The notes under the pieces: generated by a model
Told to the model about the DNA's origin: nothing
The model's input: only the letters and a program-made list of their open reading frames with translations
Databases searched by the model: none
Shown here: positions 43,086-54,939 of the stretch, one piece after another
How the letters are laid out: every line of letters starts with the position of its first letter
How positions within the stretch are numbered: position 1 is the stretch's first letter
Assembly: GCF_006345805.1 (NCBI RefSeq)
Contig: NC_043004.1
Coordinates: 51,088,001-51,152,000 of the forward strand
Length of the DNA: 64,000 bases
Origin: Octopus sinensis
Lineage: Eukaryota
Reading direction: 5' to 3'
Position numbers and translations under genes: made by a program

Positions 43086-43679
43086 CCGGCTCATTTGGCT
43101 GATTCCAGGCAACCTCGCCTATCAGAGTATATATATATTCACCATAAAAATCTATGGATGATTTAGCAGATCGCTAATGTGTATACAAAAATTAATAAAA
43201 GCAGCTGTTTGAAACATTATACCATAAAGGAAAATTATAGTCGTCAACTATACTTGACTAAGGGCATGAATAACACACATATATGCCGCCCTCATATATA
43301 TATATATATAAAGAATAATCAGCCGAAATTGTGAGGATAATCTGGTGCTTGACTGAAGAAAGAAAACTTCGAATGACCCGTTCTTGTTTTCATTGGAATG
43401 TAGAGAACAAAAATAAATTCACATTTTGAACCTGAGAAAAGTCTTGCACAGTTTTACTGCTCCACTTAGATATAGTTTTTGTAATGTACATGTTAGCTGG
43501 TTGATTTCATTCTCTGAAAATTTTTTAAATACCCAGAAAAATATTGGTGTTGCTTTGGCATGTGATCTACAACTTACAGGGTGATTGCTGTAAGTTATTG
43601 TTTAGTTTACTTTTCAATTTCTAAAGGAAAAAAACCATGACATTTTGATTCGGTTAACTGATGCCGCTTATCGTAAAAG

Positions 43680-43955
43680 AAAGATTGCAATGGATTTTGT
43701 TATTTAAATCAGTATAATAGAATAGAACCATTTCCTGTTTGGATAGACTGATAAGTTTGGCAGCTGCAAGTTTAGAAAACATAAAGCTGGCAAGATTTCA
43801 CCGGTTTTCCCTTTTCTTTGGGGATCTTTCATTTCTCCACCACAAAGATGACATCGTGCAACATTTTCTTCATCATCTAAACGACCATTTTCTCATAAAA
43901 ACGCAACTGCCTTTGTCTCTTCACTGATCTTACTGTTAAAATCTTTAGCCAACAT
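43680..43955 (-). mobile_element. Merlin/IS1595-like transposase N-terminal remnant
   Basis: MLAKDFNSKISEETKAVAFL*ENGRL...ARCHLCGGEMK...then CQTYQSIQTGN after a frameshift; zinc-ribbon pattern. Confidence 0.5.
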
Positions 43956-44587
43956 CTTACAGGTTTTTAGTGGCACCAAAAAATCACTATATGCTTGTAG
44001 ATGCATATTGAAAAGGTTCATCTTCAACTAGATATTGATATTGAAGCAATTTCTTCCAGATCTACACAGATTGGAAGACATAGAATATATTTGTCTTGAA
44101 AACGTCACATTTGCTTTCGTCAGGCACATCACAAAAGGCAAATAAGAACTGTGACTATTGACATTATTGTCCAACGAATTCATTAGCATATTTTTGAAAT
44201 TTTAAAAATAAGTTTAAATAAATACGATGAAGCTTTTGATGCTGCTCTGGTGAAAATTCTGAGTAATTAGCAGATAATATTTTCAGGTGAAAAAAGTTAT
44301 TTTGGGCAATGTTTTGTATGTTTACACATTTTTGGATCCTCTTAAAAATATTCAACATACGTTCCAGATAAAATTCTTTTAGTTTAATAGGGTAGTCAAA
44401 CTTTACTGGGAAAAATAAATCAATATAATTCTTGTCAGTGTTCAAGATTTACAGATTGGATATTTCATTGGGGTCTGTCTGCTGTGTACGCTTTGGGAGA
44501 GTGGCAGGAGGACATTATAGGGAAGTTACACTGTCTGGAGATGTTACAAGAGGAGACAACTCTGTTTGAATTACCCAAACAATCTTA

Positions 44588-44790
44588 CAGTTCTTTAGTT
44601 CTCCACTACACACCTAATCCATCACCCACCTAACGATGTGTCTATATATCCTACCTACTGCTACAGGCAAACCTAACTCTTACCAGCATTGCTTCAAAGA
44701 GAAAGTGGAGTGGGAAGAAGCAGTATGGCCAAGTCTATTGAAGCATCAGCAAAGCAAATGCTTTCTCTCTCTCTCTCTCGATCTACTCCA
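44588..44790 (+). pseudogene. Inverted, decayed duplicate of MAP3K1 exon 6 with upstream intron flank and acceptor
   Basis: Aligns to 49707->49508; 50/61 identical over the exon start; shared intronic words cagttctttagtt and atccatcacccacct; deletion breaks the frame. Confidence 0.9.
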
Positions 44791-44965
44791 AGAGGAGACA
44801 ACTTCGTCTCTAAACGTCAATTATAACGTACAGGTCCAACACTAATACCTTTCCATACTATTGATTTTGCCAAACCGTTAAAATTACTTGAAATGAAATA
44901 CAAGTGCTTGCACATTAGTATAGTGTACTTGTTCATTAGTACAAACGATACAAGCTAATTAATAC

Positions 44966-45196
44966 TTATTTCTTTATTACCCACAAGGGGCTAAACACAG
45001 AGGGGACAAACAAGGACAGACAAACGGATTAAGTCGATTACATCGACCCCAGTGCGTAACTGGTACTTAATTTATCGACCCCGAAAGGATGAAAGGCAAA
45101 GTCGACCTCGGCGGAATTTGAACTCACAACGTAACGCAGACGAAATACCACTAAGCATTTCGCCCGGCGTGTTAACGTTTGTGCCAGATTGCCGCC
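44966..45196 (-). mobile_element. SINE family B with 16-bp TSD acaagctaattaatac
   Basis: TSD at 44950-44965 and 45197-45212; similar minus copies at 54032-54256 and 61441-61672. Confidence 0.9.
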
Positions 45197-45675
45197 ACAA
45201 GCTAATTAATACTGTACTGTGCAATGTTCTAGTCTGTGCAAGATACCAGTAAGCTAATATGGTAGCCACAAGAATTTGAGGTTCGTTCCTGGTCATGAAT
45301 TAGTGTGGATTATAAAAGGTTCTGGATCATCAATATCCAGAATGTCAGTGTTGTACCTGCAGTAATGAACCCTAGGGAGAGCTGAGCAGCAGAAAGTCTT
45401 CAGTGAAATAACTCCATACTCCTAATTCAAGTGTTTTGGCCCTTAACTCCTTATACTCTAAGGGAACTGGTTCATATCCAGGTCATGACTCCTGGATATC
45501 CTCTCTACTGTCACATATGGTGGTGCTATTTTCATTTTGACCTGCTACTTCCTCTAATAAGACATGAACTGACCCTGGAGCTAAACAATAAGTGTATAAC
45601 AATTGGATTCGATCCTGTGTTCTCCATATAGCAATTACATTTCAATCACATGCACAAGCCTAATTGGTATATAAA

Positions 45676-45910
45676 GGCGGTGAGCTGGCAGAAACGTTAG
45701 CATGCCGGGCGAAATGCTTAGCGGTATTTCGTCTGCTGTTACGTTCTGAGTTCAAATTCCACCGAGGTCGACTTTGCATTTCATCCTTTCGTGGTCGATT
45801 AAATAAGTACCAGTTACGCACTGGGGTCGATATAATCGACTTAATCCGTTTGCCTGTCCTTGTTTGTCCTCTCTGTGTTTAGCCCCTTGTGGGTAGTAAA
45901 GAAATAGGTA
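45676..45910 (+). mobile_element. SINE family B (ggcggtgagctggcagaa head, aaagaaata tail)
   Basis: Other plus-strand copies at about 10318-10535, 11580-11835, 60976-61180 (TSD agttagataa). Confidence 0.85.
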
Positions 45911-46234
45911 TACAATCACTGATTGCTGCTCATGTTATAGTTCAATGGCTCATCTACACATTCTGTGGACTCAGCATATAAACACAATCAAATTTGTTGC
46001 CAATTTCATAGAGTGTCAAGACATCTGAGCTGCCATAACCCTAACCCCATTATTGCCACCTTCGGACTGTTCCATTTTCCCGTTGGCATTCACTCTCCTC
46101 ATGACACTGCGAATATGGATTTGATGTGTAAAAATGAACCCGAATTTCTAACAAAGACTTTCTGCATGTGTCACATACATTGTTTCATTTGAATATTTAT
46201 TTGCTTGTAATAAATCTTCTCTATTAAATCATCA

Positions 46235-46600
46235 TCATTGTTTAACGTCCGCTTTCCATGCTAGCATGGGTTAGACGGTTCAACTGGGGTCTGGGAAGCC
46301 CGAAGGCTGCACCAGGCCAGTCAGATCTGGCAGTGTTTCTACAGCTGGATGCCCTTCCTAACGCCAACCATGAGTGTAGTGGGTGCTTTATATGTGCCAC
46401 CGACACAGGTGCCAGACGAGGCTGGCGAACGGCCACGCTTGGATGGTGTTTTTTACGTGCCACCGGCACGGAGGCCAGGGAAGGCTGGCACAGCTACGCT
46501 CAGATGGTGTTTGTTACGTGCCACCAGCACGGAGGCCAGTCGATGCAGTACTGGCTACGGCCACGTTTGGATGGTTTTCTTATGTGCCACCGGCACTGGT
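46235..46600 (-). mobile_element. GAT-tailed retroposon family D (gaagggcatccagctgtagaaa core)
   Basis: Other copies at about 11096-11300 (+), 39815-39975 (+), 42075-42263 (+), 24050-24270 (-), 39205-39640 (-), 51270-51705 (-), 62480-62700 (-). Confidence 0.8.
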
Positions 46601-46751
46601 ATCACAAAACTACAAATTCCATTGATGTTCATCGATTTTGATTTGATTCTTTGATTTTTGATTTTTAGATTATGTTCTAAACCATAAAGAGCTCTTCCAA
46701 CGTGTTACAAGTACAACTGAACACATAAACAAACATATATATGACACAAAC

Positions 46752-46891
46752 CTGTTTGACAGCCATTAAGGTCCCAGTCTTCACATCCCTTGCTTGGTAA
46801 CAACTGCTGAATGCTCCTGTCCCTAACAAGTTACTTCGTACCCAATGTACATTCTCTAAGTACAGAGGGCTGTTGTTGTTGTTGCTGTTGT

Positions 46892-46929
<38 letters not shown>

Positions 46930-46997
46930 CTGTTTGGCATAGAAAGCATGCTACTGTGGTTGAATGGACTTGCCAATGGGTGCATATCTGATTGACT
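46752..46997 (-). CDS. MAP3K1: MAP3K1 exon 7 in window (246 bp): poly-S/N tract, kinase Gly-rich loop and catalytic Lys ([26 protein letters not shown])
   Basis: tgtgttgcag acceptor, gtttgt donor, 82 codons; kinase subdomains I-II nearly identical to MEKK1. Confidence 0.97.
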
Positions 46998-47775
46998 CTG
47001 CAACACAAATCAACACAGGTACAGATGAGTAATGATTAAGTAGAGTAATGAGTGATGAGTAATGCAGAAGGTAAGTTAAATTTTTATTATAGGTGCCTTC
47101 TAGTCATATGTTTAAAAAAAAGTTTGCTTTCCAGCCACAAAATTGCAGGTTCACTTCCCACAGCATGGCACCTTGAACAAATGCATCCTGCTATGGATGG
47201 AAGCACTCCGTCGGTTACGACGACGCGGGTTCCGGTTGATCCAAATCAACAGAACAGCCTGCTCGTGAAATTAACGTGTAAGTGGCTGAGCACTCCACAG
47301 ACACGTGTACCCTTAACGTAGTTCTCGGGGATATTCAGCGTGACACAGAGAGTGACAAGGCCGGCGTTTTGAGATACAGGTACAACAGAAACAGGAAGTA
47401 AGAGTGAGAGAAAGTTGTGGTGAAAGAGTACAGCAGGGATCACCATCACCCCCTGCCGGAGCCTCGTGGAGCTTTAGGTGTTTTCGCTTAATAAACACTC
47501 ACAACGCCCGGTCTGGGAATCGAAACCGCGATCCTATGACCGCGAGTCTGCTGCCCTAACCACTGGGCCATTGCACCTCCACTGCATCCTGCTATAGTGC
47601 CAGGCTAACCAAAGCATTGTGAGTGGATTTCCTTAACAGAAGTAATGAAGGACATCCAATCGGAGAAACCATGCCTCGACAGACAGCTGGAGTCTGGACA
47701 GCTCTCTGCTAGCCAGCTTCATGTCAAACTGTCAAACCCATCCCAGCATGGAAAGCAGATGTCAAACAATGATAA

Positions 47776-47811
<36 letters not shown>

Positions 47812-48388
47812 AGAAACCCATTGTGTGTGTGTGTGCATTTCCTAGTCTTGGCATTGCATGATAGCTGTAAATGAATGTGACTGTCATACAAGCTGTACCA
47901 TTCATTTTTAAAACCCCTGCAAAAACGGAGAAATATGTTGCTGGGAAATAAATGAGGGGCTGCCAACAACCTGGAAGTGCAACCAGTCATAGAAATTCTT
48001 TCTCAGAAAAAAAAAAAAAAAAAACTCTGTCCAAGCCATACAAACATGGAAAGGTGGACACTAAAACCAATGTTGATGAGTGGAAGGATTTAATTAGTAT
48101 TGAACTCAAATTGTACAGGAGTCAAATTACGCCTACACTTCTTCAGAAACTTTGATTGATAAAAAGTAACATAGCAGTAATACACTCAAGTTTGATTTAG
48201 TCATCTATCATCTGTTTCATCACCAGTATCATCATCATCATCATCGCTTTAAGGTCCACGTTTCCATGCTTGCATGGCTCAGACGAAGTTTATTGAGGCA
48301 GGATCTTTCTACTGCTGGATTTCTTTCTTGTTATCAATCCTCACCTATTTCAATGTAAAGTAATATTTTATCCATGAGCAGACATGGT

Positions 48389-48690
48389 GGAGGCACATGG
48401 CCTAGTGGTTGGAGCAGCGAAATCACGGTCAAGGGATCGCAGGTTCGAATCTCAGACCAGGCGATGTGTGTGTTTATGAGTGAAACACCTAAGCTCCATG
48501 CGGCTCCGGCAGAAAATAATGGCGAAACTTCTGCTAACTCTTTCGCCACAACTTTCTCTCACTCTTTCATCCTGCATCTTGCAGCTCACCTGCGACGGAC
48601 CAGCGTCCCGTTCAGGTGGGGAATCCGATATGCCAAGGAAACAGGGAAAAACGGCCCTATGAACTAGGCATGGCTCGAGAAGGAACAAAC
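48389..48690 (+). mobile_element. tRNA-derived SINE family C with TSD catgagcaga
   Basis: A box tggcctagtgg, B box ggttcgaatc; other copies at about 29638-29885 (+), 59790-59960 (+), 47390-47582 (-), 59040-59215 (-), 62250-62473 (-). Confidence 0.85.
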
Positions 48691-49465
48691 ATGAGCAGAT
48701 ATGTTTTTGCAAAATATTTGAAATGATGGAGATTCATTTACAACCTTAAGTGATGCCAAGACAAAGAGACACAAACAGAAAAACACACACACATGCAATA
48801 GGCTTGTTTCAGTTTACTAAATCTACTCACAAACCTTTTGTTGACCTGGATCTATGGTAGAAGACGCTTGCTCAAGGTACTACACAGTGGAACTGAACCT
48901 GAAACCATGTGATTGAGAAGCAAAATTCTCAATCACACAGCCATGTCAGCATTTCTTTTAGAACAAATATATACTCTTTTACTTGTTTCAGTCATTTGAC
49001 TGAGGCCATGCAGGAGCACTACCTTTAGTCGAGCAAATCGACCCCAGGACTTATTCATTGTAAGCTCAGTACTTATTCTATTGGGCTCCTTTTTACCGAA
49101 CCGCTAAGTTACGGGGACGTAAACACATCAGCATCGGTTGTCAAGCGATGTTGGGGGGACAAACACAGACACACAAACTTATACACACACATGCATATAT
49201 GTATACATATATACGACGGGCTTCTTTCAGTTTCCGTCTACCAAATCCACTCACAAGGCTTTGGTCGGCCCGAAGCTATAGTAGAAGGCACTTGCCCAAG
49301 GTGCCACGCAGTGGGACTGAACCCGGAACCATGTGGCTCGTAAGCAAGCAACTTACCACACAGCCACTCCTACGCCTATATATAAAAATTTTTTAAAAAT
49401 CTAACTGAAGTAGAAGAGTAAATGGGATTTGTTTTTGATTAGACAAAATATTTATGCATTTTTAC

Positions 49466-49635
49466 CTCTGGTTGGATCCGAACTGTGATTACTTCTTCCC
49501 GATCTGATGGAGTCAATCCAGGCACCAAAGGACAAGGCTCTTGTTTTGCTGATGCCTCTAGAGCCTTGGCTAAAGCTACTGCTTCCTCCCGCTCCACCTC
49601 TTCTTTGCAGCAATACTGGTAGGAATCAGGCTTGC
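49466..49635 (-). CDS. MAP3K1: MAP3K1 exon 6 in window (170 bp; KPDSYQYCCKEEVEREEAVALAKALEASAKQEPCPLVPGL...VRIQPE)
   Basis: Matches MEKK1 [32 protein letters not shown]; ctacgtag acceptor, gtaaaa donor; phase 1 to 0. Confidence 0.95.
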
Positions 49636-50749
49636 CTACGTAGCAGATGGTAGAACACATAGTCAGGTGGGTGATGGATCAGTGAATCATGGCAAACTAA
49701 AGAACTGGGGCGGAGGAGGACAAAGAGAGTATAGGGTGCACATGATACATACATGCAAGGAATAGTGGATTGATGTGTGAGGAGAATATTCAGTAAATGT
49801 GGAAAAAGTATGGGTTTATGAGGAAGATATATTGGGTATTGTCCAGGGTGTGACTTTCAGCTACATCCAGAAGTGGGTCTCTGGTTCAAGAGGTCCAAGG
49901 TTTTAAGGAGTGTGGAACCATCATGTAGTCACTATTGTTTTCAGGTCTACTATGCCCTGGGGTAGTAGCACCTGTCAGGGTCCCAGCAATGGGTTACTTA
50001 GCATGTTATGGAAGAACCTCCAAGTACAAACCCAATAGGAAAAGAAAAGGCTAGAGGGGCCAGCCTTAAATCAAGGAGCAGAGTCTCTCACATGATTCAA
50101 TTGCCTCTTTAGAAGTAAATAAAGGTACTTTCTTGAGTTATATGGACTCATAAGGGCCGGTTTCCCGATTTCAAGGTGTATGTATTCTCCACCAGGATGA
50201 GACACCAGTCCATCACAGGATTACTCATTTTGGTCAGCTGAGTGGACTGAAGCAAAGTGAAATGCAGTGCCTTGCTCGAGAACACTATGCATTGCCTGGT
50301 CCAGGAATTGAAACCACAATCTTATGATCATGAGTCCGACACTATAACCTCTAAGCCACACACTTCCACAGTGACCTCTTTGACACCTTTACCAGCAACT
50401 CCAAGGTAGGCAGAACTCTTCAGCTCTGTAAGGCAATTCACCAAGGAGAAATCCACTCCAATGTAAAAACCTATAACTTGTTGGTCACTGCAGGCTGCCT
50501 TAGCTTGCTGAGATGCAGTGGTCAGACCTCCAAGTCTAAAGAGGTGGGGAGGTCAGATTGCACAGACTGAATTTCACTTTAGAACAACTAAGAACTGATA
50601 GGAAGAAAAACCCTGCAGTGTCAAAGATCAGTTTACATTGCTGCATGAGGGCAGGCTGCTCTTCTTTGTGATTTTTGGACGATGCTGCTATCATTTTGGA
50701 TATATGTAAGAGGTAAAAACAATGAATACAGGTGGATTTGTTTAAGAGA

Positions 50750-52200
50750 GGTGAGTATTAGATCTAACTGAGAACAGAGTACAAGCTCTGATTAAAAACA
50801 ATGTATTGAAACTGGTTGATGAAAGAATATAAGAACTGTCTGAGGAAGGAGCACTGGAATTTGTTAATAATGGTGTACTGGAGTTGACTGAGCAAGAAGT
50901 TTAAGAATTGCCAGGAAATGAAGTATTGGAACTGGCTGATAAATGAGTAATAGAACATTAATAAATGAATATTAGAGTTGGACCTTACTGTAAAAAGAGT
51001 ATTGGAACAGGGTGGGAAAGGATTACTAAATTTGACAGAGAAAAGAGTATCATGTCTGATTGAAAAAGAGCTGTTGGAAAAGATGGAAAAGGAGTATTGG
51101 ATCTGGCTGAGAAAGGAATATTGATTGGGTTTAGTCATCAATATTAGCTCAGTCTGAGAAAGATTTGCTGGAAATAGCAGAGATAAAAGAAGTATAGGAC
51201 TGGGTAGAAGAGGAGTAATAGAACTGCTTGATAAATGAGATTAGATATAAAATCATCATCAGCATCATCATTTAGCGTCTGCTTTCCATGCTGGCATGGG
51301 TTAGACGGTTTGGCTGAAAATGGTAAGCTGGAGGGCTACACCAGGTTCCAGTCTGATTTGGCATGGTTTCTATGGCTAGATGCCCTTCCCAATGCCAACC
51401 ATTCCAAGAGTGTAATGGGTGCTTTTTACGTGCCACTGGCATGGGTGCCATTTACATGACACTGGCATCAGCCACAACTACGGTTTCACCTGGCTTGACC
51501 GGTCTTCTTAAGTATGGCATATCGCCAAAGGTCTTGGTCATTTATCGTTGCTTCTGTGAGGCTCAATGTTTGAAGGGTGTTTTTCCATGTCACTGGCACA
51601 GGTACCAGTTATGTGACACCAGTATCAGCCATGATTGCGATTCCACTTGGCTTCACAGGTCTTCTCAAAGCATGGCATCTCACCCAAGGTCTCAGTCACT
51701 TGTGAGTAGGCAATGACAAATAGTATATTTGGCTGATAAAGGAATTTTGGAAATGGCTTGGAAAGATGTATTGGAACTGGTTCAGACAGTCATTTGCTGG
51801 GAAAGAAATATTGGAACTCACCTAGAAAGGGATAGGAGATTTGACTGAGAAATGAGCATCAGAACTGACTTAGAAACGAGTATTGAAACTGAATGAAAAG
51901 GACTATTGGGACTGCCCGAGAAAGATGTGTTCAAAGCAGCTGAGCAAGAATTGGTTATTGGAGGTAGTTTTAAAAAGGCTAAGAAAAAGGCATTAGATCT
52001 GTTTGTAAAAGGAATAACTGAATAGAGTGAGTAAGGAGTCCTGGATGTAGATGAGAAAGGAGTTTTGAATATGGATGAGAATGAGATATTATAGGAACAA
52101 GTTTACGGAATCAGGGAGACAAAAAGATCCTGTATGGAAGGAGAATAAGGGATACTATGAAGAACATGGGGACTGAGTTGACAGAATGGAGAAACTAGAT
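50750..52200. repeat. Highly decayed 24-bp minisatellite (consensus about ggagtattggaactggctgagaaa), split by a family D insertion
   Basis: 8-codon periodicity visible in both strands' translations. Confidence 0.65.
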
Positions 52201-52226
52201 GTGTCAATGCTGAAAGAAACACTTAC

Positions 52227-53747
52227 TTTGGTCCTCGGTTCCACAGGGTGAACCTTTCGGTGTTGCTATCTCTGTTTTGAAAGAGACAGATGGTCCATTG
52301 CTGCCTGTTGGAGAAACAGTGATGTCAGAGAGATCTTCAGTGAGTATGTTGGACGACGAGTGACTGGAGCTGCAGGCAAGAGGAGTAGAGGAGCAATGGC
52401 AGACACTGCTGTTGTTGCTGTCATCAAGGTGGTGCTGCATGGATGAGGACGGTGTTGATGTTGACGGCATGGTCACCATAAACTGAGATCGGTCTCCAGG
52501 GCTGTCCGTGCAGTTGTTCACTTTGGTGGTACACACGATGTTGTGGACTAACTGTTTGTTACTGTTGCTGCTGCTGCTGTTGTTGTTGTTGTTGTTGCAA
52601 CTGCTGTTAGTGCTGATGGTGTTGGTGTTGTTATGATTGTTGTTGCAGGCTGTAATGCTGGAAATCTCTTCGACCTTACATTCACCGGAATGGTCACTGG
52701 TTGCCAGGGTTACAGAGCACTTCACAGAAACATTCTGCAGCTTTGCACAGCTAGCATTAACACCACAGTGGGGATGTTGGGAGCCTAAGTGGGGGTCATA
52801 TTGAAGGTCATTTTGGGAGCTGTGTTGAAGTTCATTCTGGAGGTCATTTGGGGCATCGGTCAAGAGGCCATGTCGAAGTTCATGTCCAGTGTTATTAACA
52901 ATATCCATACAAGAGCTATGTTGATGATTATTTTGGGGGTCATTTTGAAAGCTGTGTTGAGGTGGGTCTTGGTGATTGTCCTTAGATATGTAGGGGTGTG
53001 TCATGGATAGAGGGTCATTAGCTGCACTGTCTAGTGTTGTAGGGAGAGGGAACGGAGAGTCTGGGGGTGTAGAGAGTGGGGTTTCATTGGGTGATGCTGT
53101 GGCTGATGTACCGACACAGCTGGTACCTTGACTGCTCTCAGAATCATGCCACACCTTATTAGCAGTCTCCTCAGTTTGTTTGATTTTGTCGACCATGTGT
53201 GACAGCTTTTTGCGCATTGGTCGCATCAGCTTAGGGTCCACGGCAGTGACGAGTAAATTGTCCAGCTGTATCACAATCTCATCCTGCCCTGCGCTGAATT
53301 TCACACAAATGAAGAAGATACGACGTGCAATTTTTGCTATTCTGGAATGTGCATTACCAACGGCATACGTTGCAAACCTGGCAACAATAACAATCCGACA
53401 GAATTCATTTTGTGAGGAAGAAGAAGAAGGAGGACACGAAGAAGAGGATGTAGGAGGAGGAGATGATGAAGAAGAAGAAGAAGAAGTAGTAGTAGTAGTA
53501 GTAGTGGCAGCAGAAGAAGAAGAAGTCTCAGGAGTATGTGGCTGAGGTAAAGGTGAAGAGTTCAGTTCTTCTTCAGAAGCATCTGGGTCTGGTTCTGGGT
53601 CACGTATAAACTCCCCAGGGAACTCCTCTAGTAATCTGTCCAAGACATACAGCCGCCCCAACAACCACTGCCATCTCACAGTTTTCACTTGATATTCCTG
53701 GAGCACGAGTTTCAGGATGTAAGCCAATCCTCCAAGACCACCAGAGC
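52227..53747 (-). CDS. MAP3K1: MAP3K1 exon 5 in window (1521 bp): end of TOG region plus long S/T/N/Q-rich linker
   Basis: Open frame within ORF 52204-53814; WQWLLGRLYVLDRLLEEFPGEF matches MEKK1 [22 protein letters not shown]; tgtttttcag acceptor, gtaagt donor; phase 1 to 1. Confidence 0.95.
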
Positions 53748-54907
53748 CTGAAAAACAATTGTTCAAAATTTGTGTTTTAATGATAATAACAATAATCCTT
53801 TCTACTATAGGCAAAAGGCCTGGAATTAGTGGGATGGGGGGATGGTCAATTATGTTGACCCTAGTACTTGACTGGAACTTAATTTATCAACCTCAAAAGG
53901 ATGAAAGGATGAAAGTCGACCTCGGTGGAATTTGAACTCAGAATGTGAAGGTATACGAAATGCTGCTAAGCATTCTGCCTGGCATGCCATCAGTTTTCCC
54001 AGCTCACAACCTTATGATGATAATAATAATATATTTCTTTACTACCCACAAGGGGCTAAACATAGAGGGGACAAACAAGGACAGACAAAGGGATTAAGTC
54101 GATTATATCGACCCCAGTGCGTAACTGGTACTTTATTTATCGACCCTGAAAGGATGAAGTGCAAAGTCAACCTCGGCGGAATTTGAACTCGGAACGTAAC
54201 GGCAGACGAAATACGGCTGCGCATTTCGCCCGGTGTGCTAACGTTTCTGCCAGCTCAATAATAATAATAATCATGATGATGATGATGATGAACATTTCTT
54301 TTATTTGCTCCCAGGGCAAAGGATGAAAAGGACAATACAAAGACAGATGTAAAGTGTGGGGGGGGGTACATAATGGAATAAAGTAATAATAAAAACAATA
54401 ATAATAACAATGATGATGATGATGAAAATAATAATAACAACCACAACAACAATAATAAGGACAACACTTGCTTACATCTATCTATCTCTCTGTCTGCTGT
54501 CTTTCTCTTTATATCTATTTATCTATCTATGTATAAATGTGTGTGTGTGTATGTATATATATATATATATATGACTTTTCATGACAATAATTGTTTATGT
54601 GTGTATATGTATCACACACACAATATATATATATGTAAATATCAAGCAACAAGAATGAGTGCTCAACACCACATTGGTGGATAGAATTTCTAGAGTAACA
54701 GACTGATGATGGACAATGATCCTGAAACATGCGTGTCTCTAGATGCAGGCCTGGCTGCTGGGGGTGTTTGTCTCCCCTTCGTAAATGTATATAAGGACAC
54801 AGGGAAAATGTGTTGAAGCCAGCAGGAAGCATTGATGCTTCCTGGGGCTAAACAGCGGTGGTGTAACCCCCTACTGTCACGTTCACGTTAGATTGACAGT
54901 ATACAAC

Positions 54908-54939
<32 letters not shown>

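Noticed and set aside
43350-43385. Plus-strand ctgaagaaagaaaacttcgaat
   Set aside because: Lacks GAAA, stem III and stem I
44164-44445. 93-aa minus-strand ORF MNTDKNYIDLFFPVKFDYP...
   Set aside because: No recognisable motif or splice context; AT-rich and adjacent to transposon debris
48389-48460. tRNA gene
   Set aside because: A and B boxes are present but continue into a SINE body with TSDs; no full cloverleaf
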